A stretch of 64,000 nucleotides of DNA from a virus, in the IMG/VR virus record IMGVR_UViG_3300045988_139374, positions 192,001-256,000 of that record. The stretch is one strand, 5' to 3'. Numbering within the stretch: position 1 is the first letter of the stretch; each line of letters opens with the position of its first letter. The position numbers were made by a program, and so were the translations under genes. Below the pieces are notes generated by a model. It did not search any database, was not told the DNA's origin, and saw only the letters and a list, made by a program, of their open reading frames with translations. Shown here in pieces: positions 59,590-64,000 of the stretch.

Positions 59590-59601
59590 AACATCCTTAT
59601 A
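59590..59601 (+). promoter_or_regulatory. AACA-N6-TA motif (late promoter candidate)
   Basis: AACA TCCTTA TA. Lies 26 nt upstream of GTG 59627. Confidence 0.6.
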
Positions 59602-59626
59602 ATTATTTAAATGGAGGTAGATAACT

Positions 59627-60892
59627 GTGGGATTACTTAATGTAAGTCATTCTACTATGACGCAATCCGTCATTGATCTACAGGAAGATCTACTGAAAAA
59701 TCCATTTTATTTGTTCAACGACAAAAAGGCTCTTCCTGTAGACTACTATAATATCAATAATAATCAATCTACTCTTGATAAAGGTCTTAAGATCAATTAT
59801 GATAATGATGGAAAAGATACTCCATTTAGATATAATCTAATTCATGATATGTATCTTTATGGAATTGATAGAGTAGCGACTTCACTAGAATCTGGAGAAT
59901 TTGGTATTTCTGGAAGTGAAATTTCTGGAGATGCATATATTCTACCTGATACTATTACTCCTTATCCTGGAGATCATTTTGTGATCAATATGATTAAACA
60001 GAGATATCAATTTATTGTTTCTTCTGTTTCTACTGATACTTTTGATAATGGCGGTAATTACTATAAGATAGAATATTCTCTTATTCATAATGATGATTCT
60101 AGACTTTCTGGAAATGTAATAGAAGAGTTTAAGTTTGTATCTGGAAACATTGGTACAGAGTTTACTCCGATTCTTCAGAGTCAAAAATATGATGTATGTA
60201 AGAATCTAGATGATGTATGCGTAAATTTAAAGCAGTTGTTTAAGGGACTTTATTTTAACAATAAAGTCCAGACTTACACGTTTGTTCATCTATATTACGT
60301 TTGCCAAGCAGGAATGAATTCTGATTTCTTTTATGATCCATATATGATTGAATTTTGTATTCGGAATAAAATTCTTTATAATTCTGGAGATAAATATGAC
60401 TATGTAGATCATAAGACTAATCTAAAACCTGATTTCAATATCAAGTATAATAAATCTATTTGGAAAGTTATTGAAAACAGAGAAAAGAATTTACTTCCTG
60501 AATGTAAACATAGTTCCACTGCATTGTTCATTGATGATCCTGGAACTATTTTTAGTACAAGATATGAAAAGTATTTTGAACTTACATATGCTGCTCATGA
60601 TACTGCACTAGAAACTTATGCTTCTGTATTAAATATTCTAGATCCTCAGATTATAGGGCATATTCTAGAAAATCAACTATTTCCTAGTGATAGTAAATAT
60701 GCTAAATATAATCTATTAATCAAATACTTTAATTTCGATGATCATATCGGAACTGAAGATATTTTACCTTTGGAAAGAATCATTGAAACTGAGAATACTA
60801 TGGAAAACTATTTCTTGATTCCGATGATTATTTATATTATTGAATTTAACATTAAAAATACTATGGCAAGAATTCCTAAAAGTAGTAAATAA
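59627..60892 (+). CDS. hypothetical protein (421 aa)
   Basis: GTG start 8 nt after ATGGAGG. AACATCCTTATA motif 26 nt upstream. Confidence 0.8.
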   Translation: MGLLNVSHSTMTQSVIDLQEDLLKNPFYLFNDKKALPVDYYNINNNQSTLDKGLKINYDNDGKDTPFRYNLIHDMYLYGIDRVATSLESGEFGISGSEISGDAYILPDTITPYPGDHFVINMIKQRYQFIVSSVSTDTFDNGGNYYKIEYSLIHNDDSRLSGNVIEEFKFVSGNIGTEFTPILQSQKYDVCKNLDDVCVNLKQLFKGLYFNNKVQTYTFVHLYYVCQAGMNSDFFYDPYMIEFCIRNKILYNSGDKYDYVDHKTNLKPDFNIKYNKSIWKVIENREKNLLPECKHSSTALFIDDPGTIFSTRYEKYFELTYAAHDTALETYASVLNILDPQIIGHILENQLFPSDSKYAKYNLLIKYFNFDDHIGTEDILPLERIIETENTMENYFLIPMIIYIIEFNIKNTMARIPKSSK

Positions 60893-60912
60893 AGAAAAGG
60901 AGGGATAATCGA

Positions 60913-61194
60913 ATGAATAGACTTACTTCTCTCTTTGAAGACGATATTGAGATGCAAGATGAACTAGAATCTGCTATTGGAGATATCGCTGGTGAATCTG
61001 AAGAAATGATTGCTGGTGTTATTGAAGATAGAATTTCTCCTTCTGAAGATAAGATTCACCTGTTTGAAAGTTCTCAAGAAGATGTGAATGATGATGGATT
61101 GACTGCAGATGAAGAGCGAGAGATTGCTATTGCTCTAATGAATGAGCCTGATTCTGAAATCAGTGATCTTCTTGATGACGAAGATGATATTTAA
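60913..61194 (+). CDS. hyper-acidic protein (93 aa)
   Basis: AAAGGAGGG SD. D/E dominate the sequence. Confidence 0.8.
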   Translation: MNRLTSLFEDDIEMQDELESAIGDIAGESEEMIAGVIEDRISPSEDKIHLFESSQEDVNDDGLTADEEREIAIALMNEPDSEISDLLDDEDDI

Positions 61195-61207
61195 AAGAAA
61201 GGAGAAT

Positions 61208-61558
61208 ATGAATATGAATCGACTAAATGAAGATGTAATCGATTGTATTAATTCTATTGAAGATCCTGAAGATTGTGCTATTCTTGGGGATGAAGATATG
61301 GAAAATGCTCTAATCGATTCTGATACTGAAGAGCTTCCTGATGATGACGATTATGAAGATACAGATGATGATATTGATCTGAATCAAGACTTCACTGGAG
61401 ATATTGCTGATCTTGATATTGAGGGTATAGATGCAGATGATATCATCGCTGCAGAAAGAGATATTGCTCATGATCCCTTTGAGGATGATGAACTAATCGA
61501 TACCGCTACTAATGGTGGAGATGACGATGATATTTTCCTAGATGATGATGAAGATTAA
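61208..61558 (+). CDS. hyper-acidic protein (116 aa)
   Basis: ATG 61208 (or 61214) follows AAAGGAGA (the ORF-track start at 61142 is rejected). D/E-rich throughout, ending ..DDDDIFLDDDED. Confidence 0.75.
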   Translation: MNMNRLNEDVIDCINSIEDPEDCAILGDEDMENALIDSDTEELPDDDDYEDTDDDIDLNQDFTGDIADLDIEGIDADDIIAAERDIAHDPFEDDELIDTATNGGDDDDIFLDDDED

Positions 61559-61573
61559 GGAGGAAATACTACA

Positions 61574-63229
61574 ATGAGTGTACGTATTGCTATTAAGCCG
61601 AAGTATCCTACTCGTAGAGCAACTGATAAAGTGCTATTCAATGAAGGTAACTTTATTGATACCATTGATGAGCATTCTACTAGACATATTCTATCTATTC
61701 TAGATACTGCTCATGTTGCTCTCGTCTCTGAAGATGGTAAATATTATCCTGTCGATAAGGATAATTATGAGGAACAGTATAAGCTTGCCAATGCTGGTGA
61801 AACTCCTACTGTTGAAGCAGATGAAAAGTTTGGCGTTAAGAAGCTAGAAGAGTTTATTACCGCTACTGTGTCTGATGATGCAGCTAAGATTCAAAATTGT
61901 GCTATTTACAATGGTATTATTGTTGGACAGCTGCTAAAGGTTTCTAATTATCTGACTATCGATGATGAGCGTTTTACCAAGAATGGCTATTATCTGATGT
62001 TCGATTACGATAAGACTGCTGCTGAAGCTGAAGGCTATTCTAATGCTAAGCTTCTTATGGGCGAAGAGCTTGTCGATGGTAGCAATCTGATATACTTTGG
62101 AGAAGATGCATCTCTTATTAGCAATACTATTATTGCTATTGAGAGTACTCTTACAGTAGATGGTAAGGCTGGTAGCTATATGGCTACTTTCAATAATTCT
62201 CTGACTGGTAAGGTCCTTATTGCCTCTGATGATCTACCTTATGTTGCAATCGGCAATAATTCGTATGATAGTCTTGCATCTGCTATCGCAAGTGCTACTG
62301 CAGGCGATATTATTGAAATTAATAAGTCTATTCCTGTACCTAAGACTATTGCTATCACTAAGGATGTCACTATTAATATTAATAATGATGCCGTGGTTAC
62401 TGTTTCTGGATATATTTGTGTCAAGAGTGGCGGTAAGCTTACTGTTACTGGCAATGGCACTATTAAGGAATCTACTCCTTATCTAGCTCCTATCATTCTT
62501 ATGAATGAGGATGAGAATAATAGTGTTAATGCTTATATTGCTGCTGGCATTACTCTATGGGGTTGGGCAGGTCTTATGTTTGATAAGAAGTCTGTCAATA
62601 TCAATGCTACTTGCCATGGTACTCTAGTTGGTAACAACGATGGTTCTGATGACGGCGCAGGATTCTACTGCAATGGCAATGTTAAGGAAGGTACCTTTAA
62701 CTTTACTGGCAGCACTAAGGGAACTGTTGGACATGGTATGTATATTGCTAGTAATCTGAATAATACTATTACTGGTGCATACATTGAGGGTACTCAAGTT
62801 GGTATTGAGGTTCGTGCTGGAAGCCTTGATATTAGTAACTCTACTGTTAAGTCTCTAAGTTCTGCTGAACCTGCTATGGCTGCTAATGGAAACGGAACCA
62901 CTGCAACTGCAGTTGGTCTGGCTGTTGCTCAGCATACTACTAAGAGAGATATGAAGGTCTCTGTTAATAATTGTACTCTGACTGGTTCTGCAGCATTTAT
63001 GGAAGGTAATCCTCAGAAGAATCCTGATTGTACTAAGCAGATGAACATTGCTATTGGTGGTGAATCTGTCATGAACGGTAAGATTCTGACTCTGGATCCT
63101 GAAAATGATTGCAAGAACTTTGTATATGAGTCTCGTTGCTCTGAGAAGCCTGATGACAAGTATATTGCTAAGGGATACGAAGCAACTGAAACTTTCACTG
63201 GAACCTTTGACATTGCTAAGAAGCAGTAA
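61574..63229 (+). CDS. beta-helix (pectin-lyase-fold-like) protein (551 aa), candidate tail spike/depolymerase
   Basis: AAGGAGG SD. The C-terminal two thirds show periodic G/N/T/V-rich ~22-aa segments (..VTVSGYICVKSGGKLTVTGNGTIK.., ..GTFNFTGSTKGTVGHGMYIASN.., ..AYIEGTQVGIEVRAGSLDISNSTV.., ..VSVNNCTLTGSAAF..). Confidence 0.8.
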   Translation: MSVRIAIKPKYPTRRATDKVLFNEGNFIDTIDEHSTRHILSILDTAHVALVSEDGKYYPVDKDNYEEQYKLANAGETPTVEADEKFGVKKLEEFITATVSDDAAKIQNCAIYNGIIVGQLLKVSNYLTIDDERFTKNGYYLMFDYDKTAAEAEGYSNAKLLMGEELVDGSNLIYFGEDASLISNTIIAIESTLTVDGKAGSYMATFNNSLTGKVLIASDDLPYVAIGNNSYDSLASAIASATAGDIIEINKSIPVPKTIAITKDVTININNDAVVTVSGYICVKSGGKLTVTGNGTIKESTPYLAPIILMNEDENNSVNAYIAAGITLWGWAGLMFDKKSVNINATCHGTLVGNNDGSDDGAGFYCNGNVKEGTFNFTGSTKGTVGHGMYIASNLNNTITGAYIEGTQVGIEVRAGSLDISNSTVKSLSSAEPAMAANGNGTTATAVGLAVAQHTTKRDMKVSVNNCTLTGSAAFMEGNPQKNPDCTKQMNIAIGGESVMNGKILTLDPENDCKNFVYESRCSEKPDDKYIAKGYEATETFTGTFDIAKKQ

Positions 63230-63244
63230 TTAAGTTATAAATTT

Positions 63245-63282
63245 AAGTCATAGAGAATTGCTTCTCTATGACTTTTCTTTGT
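63245..63282 (+). terminator. intrinsic terminator
   Basis: 13-bp stem AAGTCATAGAGAA/TTCTCTATGACTT followed by TTCTTTG. Confidence 0.7.
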
Positions 63283-63332
63283 TATAGCGATAACCTTGTA
63301 ATAATCTAAAAAAAAATAAAGGAGACCTTTTA

Positions 63333-63986
63333 ATGTATAAGACTAATCTACGTGATATTAGATTTCCTACTGAGAATGCTCCTATTATTCTACAAAAGGG
63401 TCTAATCACTAAAGACGATTTTACTCACTCTGACTGTAATGTTACGCTATATAACACTCCTTATGCAATTGCTAAGAGAATCTTTGTATGGACTGATATT
63501 GAAGTTCTTACTAGCAAATGGACTCTGGTTGGTAATGGAGACTATAAGGCGCTTGAGAATGCATATTCCAATTTTGATATTGTAACTACAGATGATAATA
63601 CAAGTCAAGACACTCCTTCTATGGATTGCTTTACTAAGGTTGAGGAAACTGTATATGCAGAGTCTAGTGTACCTGAATCTACTCCTGAGGCTGTTGAAGA
63701 ACCTATTTCTGAAGAAATTGAAGAAGCAGTAGTGGATGAACCTTCTGAAGAAATCAAGCCTGAAGCTCAGGAAGAAGAAATTGTAGAAGATTCTGTTGAA
63801 AATGAAGATACTTCTGCAGAAGAAATCATCGATCAACCTGCAGAAGAGGTAGTTGAAGAGTCTAAGCCTGTAGTTGAGGAGCAATCTACAGAGAATACTC
63901 CTGTTGCAGTTCCTGTAAATGCTCAGTTCAATAGCCAGAATTATACTCGTATTAACAATAAGAGAAATAAGCATAATCGTCGTTAA
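63333..63986 (+). CDS. hypothetical protein (217 aa) with E/V/P-rich acidic repeat region
   Basis: AAAGGAGA SD. Segment ..PEAVEEPISEEIEEAVVDEPSEEIKPEAQEEEIVEDSVENED... The antisense ORF 63447-63974 is judged an artefact. Confidence 0.85.
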   Translation: MYKTNLRDIRFPTENAPIILQKGLITKDDFTHSDCNVTLYNTPYAIAKRIFVWTDIEVLTSKWTLVGNGDYKALENAYSNFDIVTTDDNTSQDTPSMDCFTKVEETVYAESSVPESTPEAVEEPISEEIEEAVVDEPSEEIKPEAQEEEIVEDSVENEDTSAEEIIDQPAEEVVEESKPVVEEQSTENTPVAVPVNAQFNSQNYTRINNKRNKHNRR

Positions 63987-64000
63987 AAAAATAAATATCT

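Noticed and set aside
1-64000. Stop-codon reassignment (TAG or TGA recoding), as in some large gut phages
   Set aside because: All long genes are intact under the standard code. Confident genes end in TAA (most) or TGA (six: 30680, 31749, 31998, 35602, 50855, 59588). TAG is not used as a stop by any confident gene, but no ORF is interrupted by TAG either, so AT bias is a sufficient explanation.

Overview
The window is visibly AT-rich and densely coding. I count about 58 conventional CDS, mostly on the + strand. Nearly all have a strong GGAGG-type Shine-Dalgarno site, and many are followed by a hairpin plus T-run terminator. I read it as part of a giant (jumbo) tailed phage of a low-GC Gram-positive host, for these reasons:
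- a free-standing C-terminal half of a multisubunit RNA polymerase beta-prime subunit (50905-53028)
- an SF2 DEAH helicase
- a gp25-like baseplate protein, a gp19-family tube-like protein, and a 1506-aa structural protein
- two divergent tail-fibre genes built from about 21 copies of one repeat
- a 1219-aa multi-enzyme 'polyvalent' protein
- a YneA-like TM+LysM protein
- nine copies of AACA-N6-TA placed 21-40 nt upstream of start codons, which matches my recollection of the late promoter of Bacillus jumbo phage AR9

No rRNA, tRNA, CRISPR array, integrase or transposase was recognised.

The most unusual content is a family of 13 paralogous ORF cassettes in two loci (13.6-17.9 kb and 36.8-38.5 kb, both strands).
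- Each cassette opens exactly at an invariant TGACGCTTCTA box, read as x-D-A-S.
- They have no start codon and no ribosome-binding site, and usually an in-frame stop 1-3 codons upstream.
- One pair is convergent between inverted boxes, like a shufflon segment.
- I cannot tell from sequence whether these are silent or recombining cassettes, or genes expressed by a non-canonical route.

Other notable signals:
- six copies of a conserved promoter-like block fused to a covarying 5' hairpin, in front of GC-richer small genes
- a T7 slippery run that would extend a 648-aa protein by about 74 aa in the -1 frame
- a four-fold DG[LF]MPW repeat protein
- three paralogues with very different codon composition
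- hyper-acidic proteins
- a G10 tract in a ribosome-binding-site position

All functional calls come from motifs read by eye and need profile or structure searches.
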